The notes beneath the pieces were generated by a model, which had not been told where the DNA came from, searched no databases, and worked only from the letters and a program-made list of their open reading frames with translations. 64,000 bases of DNA, taken from the NCBI RefSeq assembly GCF_006345805.1, contig NC_043003.1:39122001-39186000 (forward strand), given 5' to 3'. The stretch is from Octopus sinensis (Eukaryota). Positions 24,574-38,756 of this stretch are shown here, in pieces (position 1 is the stretch's first letter; each line of letters begins with the position of its first letter). The position numbers and the translations under genes are program-made.

Positions 24574-27420
24574 CCACCATAATCACCACACCACCTCCAC
24601 CACCACCACCACCATCCTCTTTGTGCTCAAAGGTATTCTTGACGGGCTGTCCCGTTTGTTTTGTTTTGTTTTGTTTCCTCCGTTATATTTTGGATTTATG
24701 CTTAGGGCTTCACTGACTATTGGACCTTTGTTTCTTTTTCTTTGAAGGTAAGGTGTATTTTAAAGGAACTTNNNNNNNNNNNNNNNNNNNNNNNNNNNNN
24801 NNNNNNNNNNNNNNNNNNNNNNNNNNNNNNNNNNNNNNNNNNNNNNNNNNNNNNNNNNNNNNNNNNNNNNNAAATTGTGACTGATCATCAAAGTGGGATA
24901 AGGTTCCTTCATTTTCTTCTTCTTCGTTGCCTTTTTCTTTCTTTCTCTTTCTCTCTTCCCTATCTCTCCTTCTTAAAATCTATATATATAGGTGGCAGGA
25001 GCGGCGGCGTGTTAAGTACCTGCGTACCAACCGCATTGTTTCCGAGTTCAGTCTCGGTGCATGGCACCTTGGGAAAATGTCTTCTACTACTATAGCCTTC
25101 GGGTGGGATCGACAAAGCCTTGTGAGTGTATTTGAATAGTCGGAAACTGAAAGACGCCGTCGTATATATATATATTGTGAGAATTTACAAAAAAAAAACA
25201 ACAAAAGACGAAAACGGGTGTGTAAACAACAGACATAGTTGTATTAGTTTAACGCTCGGGAAGTGTGAAGGTCGTTTACGTTCGGAGCCTACGCTCTTCG
25301 ACAGAAAGGAACATAGAAATAAACAGGGAGAGAATATAGAAAAAGGTTTAGTGGCTAGCGATCTATCATGGCGAATGCCGGACAGAGGGGTCACACAGAA
25401 GAGCTAGGAAGAAAGGGAGATAATAAAGTAGTGGCGATCTAAAACTAATGTGCTCGTGCGTGTGTATGTGAGAGTATGTATGTGTGTGTGAAAGGGGGCT
25501 GGTGACATTTACGTGTGCGTGTGTGCATGTGTCTGTGTGTGGATGATGGTGTATTATGCTGGAATATTATGATGATGAATATTATGCTGGAAAGTGATCA
25601 TTGTTAGTGTGTGCGCTGGTGTGGGTGCTGGGAAGTGGTCAGTGCTAGTGTGTGCGGGGTGGTGTGATTTGGTGTAATATGGTGGTGTGTGGTGTGGTAG
25701 TGTGGTATGGAGGAGTGTGGTGTGGTGTAGTGGTGTGTTTACACACCCGTAACTTAGCGGTTCGGCAACAGAGTACAATGGAATAAGTACTAGGCTTACA
25801 AAGAATAAGCCCTGGGGGCGATTTCATCGACTAAAGGCGGTGCTCCTGTATAGCCGCAGTCAAATGACTGAAACAAATAAAAACATATATAGAAAAGATG
25901 TATATATATATATACAGACATAATACGTACACACATATATAATATATATATATACGCATACATATATACATACACACACACGCATATACCATACATACAT
26001 ATATATATTTTATATTATATTATATGCATGTGTGTACTAATGCATTTGTCAGTAAGATGTCTGTATCTTTGTCACTACCTTCGTTGACAAACATAAACCT
26101 ACTTCTCTATCTGTTTATCGACATTTCTGTCAGACCCTTGGTATTATTGTTCAGTTTATTTATCTACGTATTTATCTTTTTTATGCAATAAGCATATATA
26201 CATAAATATACATATACATCATGTATGTATTTATGTATGTGTGTAAGTATGTATGTATGTATGTATGTATATATAGTGTATATAATATATGTGTATATAT
26301 ATATATATATATATAATATTATATATATATATATATATATTAATATATATATATATATATATATATGTCTACAGCTGGGACAACGTAGTGAAGTACCAAT
26401 ATCGATGAGGATGATCAATATATGATGAATGGTTTGATGTAATTAGCAGCCAGACGCACCTTAATATTATGGTTGTACTAAGGGCTACAACTACACTACC
26501 ACCACCACCACCACCACCACCACCACCACCACCACCACCATCATCACCGTCCCCATCACCTCCATCGCAACTATTGTGTCATCATCATCATCACATCCAT
26601 CATCGCACCACTACCAGACACACATTCATTCCAGCCCATACAGTTTTATGTATCATGTTCAGTGAGGTATCACATCACACAAGCGTCTAATCGGAGATGA
26701 ATGTCTTACATTAACCAACCAATTTTCGGTAGTGGTGGCCACCAGCATGTGCTTCTGTGACTATCGCTGAAAGAAGGAATTGGCTTACTGCGTGTTTTGC
26801 ACCTTTAAACTTCACAGAAGGAAAGAAAAAAAGTGAGAAAGAGAGAAGAGAAAGAGAGAAGAGAGAGAGAGAGAGAAGAGAAAGAGAGAAGAGAAAGAAA
26901 GAGAGAGAGAAGAGAAAGAGAGAGAGAGAGAGAGCCAATGAAGGAGTCTTGGCGTTAAGACAGCAACTGTAAACATGCGTATCTCCCACATACATACACA
27001 TACCACACGAGGACACGCTAATTATCCCCATACCTACACACACACACACACATGTATGTCTGTATATATATGTATTTTATGCATGTATATAAATGCATAC
27101 ACAGCGGCTACTGGTAAGGAGTTTCTATATTTTCTAATTATTGACAGTTTTTATGCACATTAACCACCACCACCACCACCACCACCACCATCATCTCATC
27201 ATCATCACCACCATAATCCCACCCACCCCACCACCACACCACCACCACCTCCACCACCACCACCATCCTCTTTGTGCTCAAAGGTATTCTTGACGGGCTG
27301 TCCCGTTTGTTTTGTTTTGTTTTTGTTTCCGTTATATTTTGGATTTATGCTTAGGGCTTCACTGACTATTGGACCTTTTGTTTCTTTTTCTTTGAAGGTA
27401 AGGTGTATTTTAAGGAACTT
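22276..27420 (+). repeat. 2.5 kb tandem duplication around a 100-N gap (probable assembly artefact)
   Basis: 22276-24771 repeated at 24872-27420; Ns at 24772-24871; differences are mostly small indels. Confidence 0.9.
22377..23256 (+). mobile_element. SINE family A interrupted in its internal (TA)n by a PLE-like terminus (copy at ~24990-25885)
   Basis: Head taggtgcaggagcggctgcgtg..., tail ...cagtcaaatgactgaaacaa; the insert from ~22555 carries a decayed hammerhead on the minus strand at 22653-22683. Confidence 0.75.
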
Positions 27421-27936
27421 CGGCACGGCCGAGCGACGAAGTAAAGGGCCGCCTGGTTTGTTCGTGGTTGTGTTGTTTTTGTAGATATGTTCTTAAGAGC
27501 AGTTGCAGCAAAATCTGTACTGATTCAGAAAAACAAATGCTTTGTAATAGTTTAACTACACTCCTTTTTTATTACATACACATTCTGAGCTCAAATCTCC
27601 TCGAGGCCGAATGTGCCTTACTTTCTCCCGGGGGCCCTTTAAAATAAGTGCCACTTATATCTTTTAAGTTTTACGTTTTTTTTTTGTTTGATATTCGACT
27701 ACGGCAATACTGTGGCAACGACTAGAGTTTTGTCGAACAAATCGACCCCTAGTACTTAAGTTTTAGAAACCTGGTACTTATTCTATCGGTAAAACAAACC
27801 AACACCGATTATTAAATTGTCGCGGGTTACGAACGCATGCTCGAAGACACATACACACAAACGCATACGCATACACATATGCACACGCAGACACTTATAT
27901 ACACGCGCGTACACACACACACATGCATACATTCAC

Positions 27937-27967
<31 letters not shown>

Positions 27968-28637
27968 TGTATGTATGTATGTATGTACGTTATATATACG
28001 GCAGGCGTCTTTCTGTTTTCATCTACCAAATCCTTTCACAATCCATTCGGCCTGAAGCTATAGTAGAAGACGCTTGCTCAAGGTGCCGTGCAGTGGAACT
28101 GAACCCGGAACCATGTAGTTGGGAAGCAAGCTTCTTACCAAGTAGTCGGGCTTATAGTCGATTTTATCAACAGTATTCATTACTTGTATTTCTGACCATA
28201 TTGGTTATGGGGGAGTGTGATGACAGAATTGATGTGCATATATATGTGTGTGTTTATGAATAATATATAGATGCACGCGCAGTCTGTTGTATAGAGCGGT
28301 TGACTTGAATATTCATTGGTTTTAGAGCGTCAGACATACCTTGCGGTTTTTGTTACGTGTCTTTACACACACACACACTCGACTGAACCAAATTCAATGA
28401 AGTTAACACCACCTCCCCTCCTTCCTCCCTCCCTAACTACCTACCTACCTACCTACCTATCTATCTATCCATCCTAGTGATACATTAATTTTCACATATA
28501 TGTATATGTATCCCTCTCTCTTTCTCCCCCTCTGTGTGTGTATATACTCGTACATATACATACACACATATTTATATATATGTATGTATATATGTATGTA
28601 TATGTATGTATATATATATATATATACGTATGTATAT

Positions 28638-28682
<45 letters not shown>

Positions 28683-28828
28683 ATATATATATATATATGT
28701 ATTATGTATGTATATACTCACGAAATGATTTTAAGGATAAGGGAAACAATCTCACTAGGTTAAGCAGAGTAAGCACATTTTCTACATTACATCTTGTTAC
28801 ATCTTGTTGATGCGAGGATGATGATGAT

Positions 28829-28859
<31 letters not shown>

Positions 28860-29123
28860 GGAGAGGAGGAGGATGGAGGATGACGATAACGGACGACGAC
28901 GATGACGATAATCCTTCAAATCTTTCTGTACTCTCGTTTACAAATATATGTTCAGAAATGAAGATGAACTTACTTGGCATAGTTTGCTTACACATCAGTT
29001 TTGTAATTCAACTTTCACCCTACTCAATTATAAACTATCAATAGTACACACTGTCGATTCAGTATTCTATGCTTATCCCACATCATTTTGCTGTAGTGAT
29101 ATTATCGTTATTAATAGTAGTAG

Positions 29124-29506
29124 TGGAAGCACTCCGTCGGTTACGACGACGAGGGTTCCGGTTGATCCGAATCAACGGAACAGCCTGCTCGTGAAATTAA
29201 CGTGTAAGTGGCTGAGCACTCCACAGACACGTGTACCCTTAACGTAGTTCTCGGGGATATTCAGCGTGACACAGAGAGTGACAAGGCCGGCCCTTTGAAA
29301 TACAGGTACAACAGAAACAGGAAGTAAGAGTGAGAGAAAGTTGTAGTGAAAGAGTACAGCAGGGATCACCACCATCCCCTGCCGGAACCTCGTGGAGCTT
29401 AAGGTGTTTTCCCTCAATAAACACTCACAACGCCCGGTGTGAGAATCGAAACCGCGATCCTATGACCGCGAGTCCGCTGCCTTAACCACTGGGCCATTGC
29501 GCCTCC
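29124..29506 (-). mobile_element. tRNA-derived SINE family C
   Basis: Head ggaggcgcaatggcccagtggttaaggcagcggactcgcggtcataggatcgcggtttcgattc with A/B boxes; tail shared with 54488-54782. Confidence 0.8.
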
Positions 29507-29927
29507 AATAGTAGTAGTAGTGATAGTGTTGTTGACTATTGCTGTTGTTTCGCACCAGTGCAACCCTAATTGAACAGACCCATAATCAGCGATGTTCCAG
29601 CTATGACCATCTCACCTTTTAAAGGCGTACGTAGGACTACCATATTCAATGCGTCTTTTCGTTAAAACGGCAGGGTGTATTTTGAGGGCGAATTGGTTGC
29701 TACATTTAATCTGGCCATATCCGGCACAAATGTTCTACCTGTTTTACGTCCAAATCAGCCAGGTCCCGCATCTTACACCCTCCCTACAATGTCCTTCTCG
29801 AACAATAGCATCATTGAAATCTCAAAGCCACACGTGAATACATGATTAATTAGAAACAATGTGAATAAATACATATTACATTTGACAAAGCAATACGAAT
29901 GCTAAAGGGTTAAATGGTGTGATATTT

Positions 29928-29958
<31 letters not shown>

Positions 29959-30003
29959 CAGCAGCAGTAGTAGTAGTAGTAGTAGTGGTAGTAGTAATAG
30001 TAA

Positions 30004-30049
<46 letters not shown>

Positions 30050-30107
30050 GGTGGTGGTAGTAGTGGTGGTGGTGGTGGTGGTAGTAGTGGTAGTGGTAGT
30101 GGTGATG

Positions 30108-30157
<50 letters not shown>

Positions 30158-30173
30158 CGTCGTAGTAGTAGTG

Positions 30174-30209
<36 letters not shown>

Positions 30210-30212
30210 GTA

Positions 30213-30750
30213 AAGGCGCGTGGCCTCGTGTCTTAGGTGTAGTCCTCAGGATTCCGGTTTCGATTCTCGGAACTGGTTGTGGTGTTGTGTTCTTGGGCAA
30301 AGCAACTTCGCGTTGCTCTGCGATTACTTCCACATCTGATATGAAGCACACCCTGTACTTCCACAGGCAATTTCGGTCTGATGTAGGAAGTGAACTAATG
30401 TACAGCAAATATATGGGAAACTACCACCTGTGTCATCTCTTGTGAAGGGTAGGAGAGTCCAGTTTGCTGGACATTGTTGTAGAGCTGAAAAAGAAGTAAT
30501 TTTTACTCTTCTCCTCTGGAAGCCATCTACTCGCAACACCAGAGGGCGCACACTCTCCTACCCTGATGTAATCTCCAGGGATACAGGCATCCAGCAACAG
30601 GACCTCCGTAATGCTATGATGGACCGTGAAGTCTGGCGCAACATGGTAAATTCCATTGTCTCGACCACGGTCGAACAATGATGATGATGAATGTACAGCG
30701 CAAACATTGGATCACTATAAACGAATAATCTGTACAGGCCGTTCAGCATG
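30213..30750 (+). mobile_element. tRNA-derived SINE split by an RTE insertion
   Basis: Head aaggcgcgtggc...ggtttcgattc; the body appears to resume after the duplicated aatgtacagc. Confidence 0.65.
30407..30689 (+). mobile_element. 5'-truncated RTE-clade LINE with 10 bp TSD
   Basis: GRRVQFAGHCCR...LLWKP...RGRTLSYPDVISRDTG...MDREVWR, (TGA)n tail, TSD aatgtacagc at 30397-30406 and 30690-30699. Confidence 0.85.
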
Positions 30751-31236
30751 AAATTGCGGCGGCCTCAACTCGACAGTCGTTTATGAAAGGAAAAATCCAG
30801 AAAATAGTGGTAGTAGCAGTTCGCGAGGAAACTACTGTAACGACGTTGACAAACCACCAACCTAAAATGAATGACATGGATGTATAAATGAATGAATTTA
30901 TATAGTCTGAGACTACACACATACACACACAAGCATCCCACCGAACACACATGCACACGCATACACATGCTCAGCCACACATTTACAAAGACGCACGAAC
31001 AAAAGAATGTATCATATTTCAATGTCTATATTGACTCTTCGTCTCCTTCAACATTGAATCAAGTATACAGACATGTACACACACACACACACACACACAC
31101 ACATATGTATGTGTGCGCGTGCATGCATACATACATACACCCACATACATACACACATACATACACACATACATGCATACATACATGCACACATATATAG
31201 GTACATATATGTGCCAATATCTATCTATCTATCTAC

Positions 31237-31316
<80 letters not shown>

Positions 31317-31317
31317 A

Positions 31318-31700
31318 TTCTTATACTTGTTTCAGTCATTTGACTGCGGCCATACTGGAGTACCGCCTCTAGTCGAAGAAATCGACCTCAGGACTTATTC
31401 TTTGTAAGCCTAGTACTTATTCTTTCGGTGTCTTTTGCCGAACCGCTAAGTTACGGGGACGTAAACACACCAGCATCGGTTGTCATGCGATATTGGGTGA
31501 CAAACACAGACACACAAACACACACACACACACACATACACACACATATACGACAGGCTTCTTTCAGTTTCCGTCTACCAAATCCACTCACAGGGCTTTG
31601 GTCGGTCCGAGGCTATAATAGAAAACACTTGTCCATGGTGCCACGCAGTGGGACTGAACCCGGAACCATGTTGGTAAGCGAGCTACTTACTACACAGCCA
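31318..31700 (-). mobile_element. SINE family A, near full length
   Basis: tRNA-like head, ccttggacaagtg-like core variant, internal (TG)n, conserved tail. Confidence 0.9.
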
Positions 31701-32139
31701 TTCGGGCGCTTATCTATACTTTAAATACCTAAAAGTTACTTTTTCTGTTTATATTAGTTTTATATGTTTCACTTCTTGTAATCAACCTTTCATAATTTTA
31801 TTCTGCTTGCGACTACATTCGTATGTTTGAGTGTTATGTTGTAAACAACTCTAATTATGGAACGAAATCAAAGATATAACTTAGCATTTTAAAAACAATG
31901 AAATAATTAGGTGCAGGAGTGGCTGTGTGGTAAGTAGCTCGCTTACTTCACAGGAGAGTGCATGTTTTTCTTTCACGCTTTGAAGTCACGTCGTTCGACG
32001 TTGAAATATTGAAAAGTTGAAGCGCGACTCGAGGTAGGCGTTTTTTATTTTTTTTGGGGGGGAGCTCAATGGGGTCTGTTGTTTGTATTTAATGATTTTT
32101 GTCGAACAAGGGTCTCCACTGGGTTCCAGACATTAGCCT

Positions 32140-32700
32140 GTCAGTGGTATTCTACCCGTCGCTACGTTCTGAATTCAAATTTTGCCGAGGTCGACTTTGC
32201 CTTTCATCCTTTTGGGATCGATGAAATAAGTACCGGTTGAGCACTGGGGTCAATGTAGCCGACTAAGCGCCATCCTCCAAAATTTCAGGCCTTGTGCCTA
32301 TAGTAGAAACGATTATTATGTAATGCTTTCGTGCGTCTTCAGAGTTAAAATTCTGCCGAGGTCGACTTTGTCTTTCATATTTTCGGGGTCGGTAAAATAA
32401 GTAGCACTTGAGCACTGGGTTCGATGTAATTGACATACTCCTTCTCTGAACTTGCTGGCCTTGTGGCAAAATTTGAAATCAGTGTTAAATATTAAGTTAT
32501 GACAACGAGGTGAACACAGTTCTTAACGGCATTTCGTCCACTTTTACGCTCCGAGTTCAAATTCCGCTGATGCCGACTTTGCCTTTCATCTTTCAGAGTT
32601 CGATAAAATAAATATCAGTTAAGTACTGGAGTTGATTTAATGGACTAGATCCTCCCCCAACCCCACACGAGACTTCAGGCCTTATACCAGTTGTAAGAAG
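32140..32700 (+). mobile_element. cluster of three tandem SINE family B units
   Basis: Three iterations of gttc.gaattcaaatt..gccgaggtcgactttgcctttcatc...gataaaataagta. Confidence 0.8.
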
Positions 32701-33849
32701 GAATATTAAAAACTAGGAGAAAGTAGTGGATTGGTACAGCGAGGGAGAAAATATTTGCGATACGGAAATCGAAAAAAAAAAAAACCAGTCAAGTACTGGG
32801 ATCGTCATTAGCGATTAGCTGCAACCATCAAAGTCATTGATGTGTTACAGATGCAAAATTTTTGGCTAACTGCCGGCGAAGACACCATTATGCAACAGAC
32901 ACAAGCTGATTGTAGGCGAGTGAACTGGAGCAAAGTGGAATGATGCGCCGCTACTTAGCAGTCCTATAATCGTCAACCCACAATCCCATAATCGTCAATC
33001 CAACAGTCTAACCACTAACATGCGCGCCTTTACAATCGACTATATGGAGGGACGTATAGAGATTGCAGAATATCAAACAAATCACTCTGAGATATTTACT
33101 AAGATCCATTCGTGTTTGTTTCCAAATGTCTCTCGATGTCGTTAAAATACATCGATAAAACAGTTACCCGTTCGTTGTTGAGAGCAACTCAGTCATCTAT
33201 AAACTTCCCTGCTGTTGTCAACGTTAATTATAGCCCTAAGTCAGTCCTGATGGGGCAGATCATTGATCAAAAAATTTCCGCTATGACCACCCTGTAATTC
33301 CCTTCGTTTAGAGAATACAAGCATACGCTATCTAACATATCCCTTCTGAAGATGGCGGTATGCGATTTGGATCATATTGCTCTTTCTAGGAGTTCGAACG
33401 ACCGCTTAATGGTTTTCTCATTGGCTTGAAATAAATTTCTGGAGCGTCGGGTAAAACGTCTTACGGTATTTAGTTACTTGTCCTTACGTTCATAGTTCAA
33501 GCCCCATAGGAGTCGAGTCAATAAAATAATAATCAAGTACTGGATCGATATATTTGAATGTGATCAACATATCAATATTTTGAAAATGTGTATGTATATG
33601 TAATATATCAATATTATATATCGTTTTACTTCTAACTGCTCTTTATTTAAATAGTAACTTGTATTTATTAATACTTCCAACTGAGCCAGCGAATAACTTA
33701 TGAGATATATTGAGTACACAGACAAATCTGTATGAATGTATGTATGTGTTTGTGCGTGTATGTATATATGTATGCATGTTTGCATGTATATATACACATA
33801 ATTACGTGCGTATATATATTAGAAGGTTTGGAGGTGATGTACAGGTATT

Positions 33850-34086
33850 ATATATTAGAAGAAATAAGGTACTCAGAAGTCTGGATGGTTTTATATTTAC
33901 AGATTTTTATTAATATGTCACATGTTTTTATAAATCATATATTAGCGCTTTGGATTCTTCAATCTGAAGAATCCACTAGAGTGGATGCAAGCTCTAATAT
34001 ATGATTTATAAAAAACGTGACATTAATAAAAATCTGTAAATATAAAACCATCAAGACTTCTGAGTACCCTATTTCATCTAATATAT
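33850..34086. repeat. foldback of a PLE-like terminus (~100 bp arms) with a decayed hammerhead at the junction
   Basis: 33850-33950 is inverted to 33989-34086; CTGAAGA-atccac-taga-gtggat-gcaagctc at 33964-33994. Confidence 0.7.
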
Positions 34087-34096
34087 ATATATATTA

Positions 34097-35219
34097 CATG
34101 GGAAAATGCGAGCTAGAGAAATAATATTCTTAAGATTATAAACCTGGAAAAGTAGAGGATAAGTTATTATACTTAGGAAAGTTCAGGACAACTTATAACA
34201 TCTGGTAAAATACAGAACAGAGACGCTTTTGGAAAGCAACTCGAGTCCGGCTGCGGTTCCGGCTTAGAGGCATTCAGCCGTTATCGCCCAGAGGCAGCCT
34301 GGCACCACCGCTCTATCGAGCGAGCGCGCAAACCGTTGCTCTAAAAATATTGCAGCTGAGGATAAAATTTCAAGTAAAATACTTAGATTTAGAAAATATT
34401 AGCTTTTATTAAAACTAAAAAAATTTATTACAAGTTATTACTTCTATTTGTTATTACTTTTTACTTCTATTAAAAATAAAAATATAAAAATTTCGCACTT
34501 TAAAAAAACTGATTTTTAAAATTATTGATTAATAATCAGAAATTTGAAAATGTTATAAAAAATAATAGTAGTACATAATTAGTTAGTATAATAAATAGAA
34601 TAACACAAAAATTAGTGATATGTTACAGTAAAATGTACCTATAACCACAAATTCACAGTAAAATTTGCTTGGGTTATTGCCAAGTCTTCACATTTTTAGT
34701 CTTGAACCAATGCTTACTTTTTACACAATGAATTTGCCTACCATTTATACTCTTCTACTTTGCATAAAACTTTAGCTATATTGGTACTTCTGGTTCTCAT
34801 TTTTTAAGTATTCTAGTGTGTCAATATTTTAACAAAATGATGGTACCTTTCTAATTATAATGTTACTTTGTAAATTAAAATCAAATAATTTTTAACATTC
34901 AAATTTTATCCTTTACTCCAATATTTTAAGTAAAAATTGTCGTGTTCTGTACTTTACCTGATGTAATAAGCTGTCCTGAACTTTTCCAAGTGTAATATAT
35001 TTCTTTATTCACCATACGATTTTACACAGAGGGGACATTATAACACATTGGGGACACAAAACATCAAAAAAATAGTCGTATGATAAGATGGAAAAAAGGG
35101 TAATAAATGAGAGGTGAAAGTGATGTTAACTGCAACTTTTCCAAGTGTAATAACCTGTCCTGCAATTTTTCAGGTTTATAATCTTAAGAATATTATTTGC
35201 TTGCTCGCATTTTTCCATG
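34097..35219. mobile_element. non-autonomous DNA element with long modular TIRs
   Basis: TA|CATGGgaaaatgcgagc...gctcgcatttttCCATG|TA; ~95-120 bp imperfect TIRs built of ~29 bp subrepeats. Confidence 0.7.
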
Positions 35220-36133
35220 TAATCCATATTTTTTCCAATCTATACTATTATGTTAATTAATAATGTGTCAAATGTATCAATCAGCAGTGTCGTTGATAAT
35301 GTTTTCTTTACCTCAATGACGCTGGTGACATATATAAAAGTCCCCTTATAGAACTATATTCATAAAAATGTATAGAACTATATTATCGCTCAAAAATTTG
35401 AGAAACAAACACTCATAACTTTTGTCTTTTAAAACTTCATTGCATGAGATTGATACCATGAACTTCCTCGAATTGAGCTCTATCATTTAAGCTTAATTAG
35501 AATATAGTTTGTTTTCAAACTAAAAAGAGTTGATTATACTTAAACCCAATTGTTCGCCTTATATTTTTTTCATGATATTTTACCTCACAACTTTTGATAT
35601 CACTTTTTGTTGCATGGGACCAACACTATAAATTTCTTCATGCTTTCTTCTATCATTGAAGCTAAGATAAATAAAAAAAATATTTAGATCTAAACTTGAT
35701 TGGTGGCATTACTTACTCCCCTATAACGTTGCTACAAAATTTGATGTAAATTTTTTTCTACTGGATTAATCTCAATTTTTTAGGCCAAAACGTAGCTAGG
35801 GACTAGCCCTCTTCAAAAAGGTTAACAGTTGTCAATTTGGTTAAGAACTGAATTAGCGATAAGCTCTGAAAGATACTGCTTGTGAGTAAATTGCGGCCTT
35901 AAGAAAATTATTCAACTACTACTGTAGTAGAATGATGTATGTATATATATATATATATATATGCATACATACATATACAAATATACAAGCATATAATAGT
36001 ATGTATAAATACATAGACATAGCATGCACAGCTTCATACACAGACATACATACTCACATACGCACACATACAATACGCCCATACACGCATATACATATAC
36101 ACATACACATCTTGTTTTGAAGTTCGTTGAGCT

Positions 36134-36191
<58 letters not shown>

Positions 36192-36529
36192 ATATATATA
36201 TATATATATATTATATATAAGTTTAGAACAGACTGTTGCTTTCGCACTTTTGTAATTATAACTTTCAACTTGAACAATCTACATCTAATACAAGCGTCCT
36301 CTCAGAGGACTTAATTCACGTTCCGGTTTGTAACTGAGGCAGTATTTGATTATAGAGACGAGATGACCGACTTCTTTTGGTGAATAGATAAGAATTTTGG
36401 AATTCCAGGCATTTACAAAGACATTCAGAAGTTTTAGTACAGGAAATTAGTTCCAACTTGAAATTGAAATCTGAAACAGATAACCATACTGAAAGTATAT
36501 ATTCTTTGTAGTTTTGTATTCTTGTAGTC

Positions 36530-36660
36530 CAGTGGGTCTCAACCGGGATTCACATGGCCCTTTGGGTCCACATGACTCTTCGGGGTCAATATGCACCTTA
36601 CGGATCCATATAAGAGTTTGCTGTTAAAAATAATATGTAATGGATTGGTTATACTTCTAA
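36530..36660 (+). mobile_element. hAT/Charlie-like MITE end
   Basis: cagtgggtctcaacc resembles the CAGTGGTTCTCAAC terminus; partner end not found. Confidence 0.35.
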
Positions 36661-37269
36661 AATCTTTCATCTTTTATATTTTACTAGCTTCAGTCATTAG
36701 ACCGTGGCCATGCTGGGGCCCCACCTAGAAGAATTTTAGTCGAAATTATCGACCCCAGTGCTTATTTTCTTCTTATGCCTGATACTTATACTACCTGTCA
36801 CTTTTACCGAACCGCTATGCTAGGTGGACGCAAATGCATCAACTCCCGCGTGACGACTTGGGCAAAAGCCTTATTAATGGATTTAATGGACAGAAACTGA
36901 AAGAAGCCCATCCATATATATATATATATAATATATATATATATTATATATATATATATATATGTTATATATGTATGTATGTATGGATGAATGTATGTAT
37001 ATATATATATATACCATTATAGATGTATATATACATATCTATATATACATATATACATATACATATATATATTATATATATACATATATATATACATATA
37101 TATATACATAATAACATATATATACATAAATATACATATGTATATATAATATATTACATATATATATATACATATATTATATACATATATGTATATATAT
37201 ATATATTATACATATATACATATATACATATATATACATATATATATACATATATAACATATATTATAT

Positions 37270-37313
<44 letters not shown>

Positions 37314-37687
37314 ATATATATATGTATATATATGTATATATATCTATAATATGTATATATGTATATATGTATATATATATGTACTATATATACATATATA
37401 TGTATATATATATATGTATATATAGCTATATGTAATATATATTATATGTATATATATATATATGTTATATATATATATGAGTATATATATATATGTATAT
37501 ATATATGTATATATACATATATATCGTATATATTATAATATATATATATAATATATATACATCCAATTCATCATCCATCCATCCATACTATATAACATAT
37601 ATATATATATATATATAATATATATACAAACAATAGATACACATTATATATATATATATAGATATATATATACAACTATATATACAC

Positions 37688-37730
<43 letters not shown>

Positions 37731-37851
37731 TATAGAGGGCATTATTATACATACATGCCTCACGCTAAGAGGGTCATCAGTCATTTCTCCCAAAAATTTA
37801 CTATCTTACCCAATGCAATTTTTCAAGCAAGACATTTAAAAAAATGAATTT

Positions 37852-37914
37852 AGTCTTGTATCACCTGTGATTCGTACTTACCGCAGAATTGCGACCATAC
37901 TCATCAGCCAGACT
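37852..37914 (-). ncRNA. type I hammerhead candidate (one core A missing)
   Basis: agtctgg-CTGATGA-gtat-[hairpin]-gtac-GAA-tcac-ag-gtga-TA-caagact. Confidence 0.55.
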
Positions 37915-38691
37915 GATTCTGAACTTATCATAAATAAACGACCTGTACCCGCAAAGTCGACAGCCTCTGCCCTACTCCAACGAAGCACATGGAGAGTTAC
38001 ATATCATACATCCGGTAAATGGAGGGCTTCTTCGAATTGCATTTCGGGTAGGAAAAGTTTTTTCGGAATAAAATATATTAAACAATTAAGGATAACTTCT
38101 TAATAAGGAATCTTAACAAGAAATTATCAGGTAGATAGCGTGAAAACCTCATAAGAGAAAAATTTCGAAAATAATTCTTTCTTATTGAACATATTAATTT
38201 ATATATAGAGGGCATTATTATACATACATGCCTCACGCTAAGAGGGACATCAGTCATTTCTACCAAAATTTACTTAAATGTCTTGCTTTGAAAAATTGCA
38301 TGGGTATGATTAGTAAAATTTTTGGTAGAAAGGACTGATGTCCCTCTTAGCGTGAGGCATGTATGTATAATAATGCCATCTATATATAAATTAATATGTT
38401 CAATAAGAAGAATTATTTTCGAAATTTTCTCTTATGAGGTTTTCACGCTATCTACCTGATAATTCTTGGAAGATTCCTTATTAAGAAGTTATCCTTATTG
38501 TTAATATATATATATATACAACATATAGATACCCACATATATATATATACTATATATATATATATATATATAGAGGGCTTATATACATACATGCCTCCCG
38601 CTAAGAGGGACATCAGTTCATTTCCTCCCCAAAATTTTACTAATCATACCAATGCAATTTTTCAAAGCAAGACATTTAAAAAAATGAATTT

Positions 38692-38756
38692 AGTCTTGTA
38701 TCACCTGTGATTTCGTACTTACCGCAGAATTGCGACCATACTCATCAGCCAGGACT
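38692..38756 (-). ncRNA. type I hammerhead candidate (complete core)
   Basis: agtcctgg-CTGATGA-gtat-[tcgca/tgcgg hairpin]-gtac-GAAA-tcac-ag-gtga-TA-caagact. Confidence 0.7.

Noticed and set aside
24700-24750. 42 nt candidate exon GFTDYWTFVSFSLK with GAAG|gtaagg donor
   Set aside because: The duplicate copy has an extra base that breaks the frame, and no compatible neighbouring exon was found
29124-29506. tRNA gene
   Set aside because: A and B boxes are present but there is no complete cloverleaf; it continues into a SINE body and tail. The same applies to the other SINE heads
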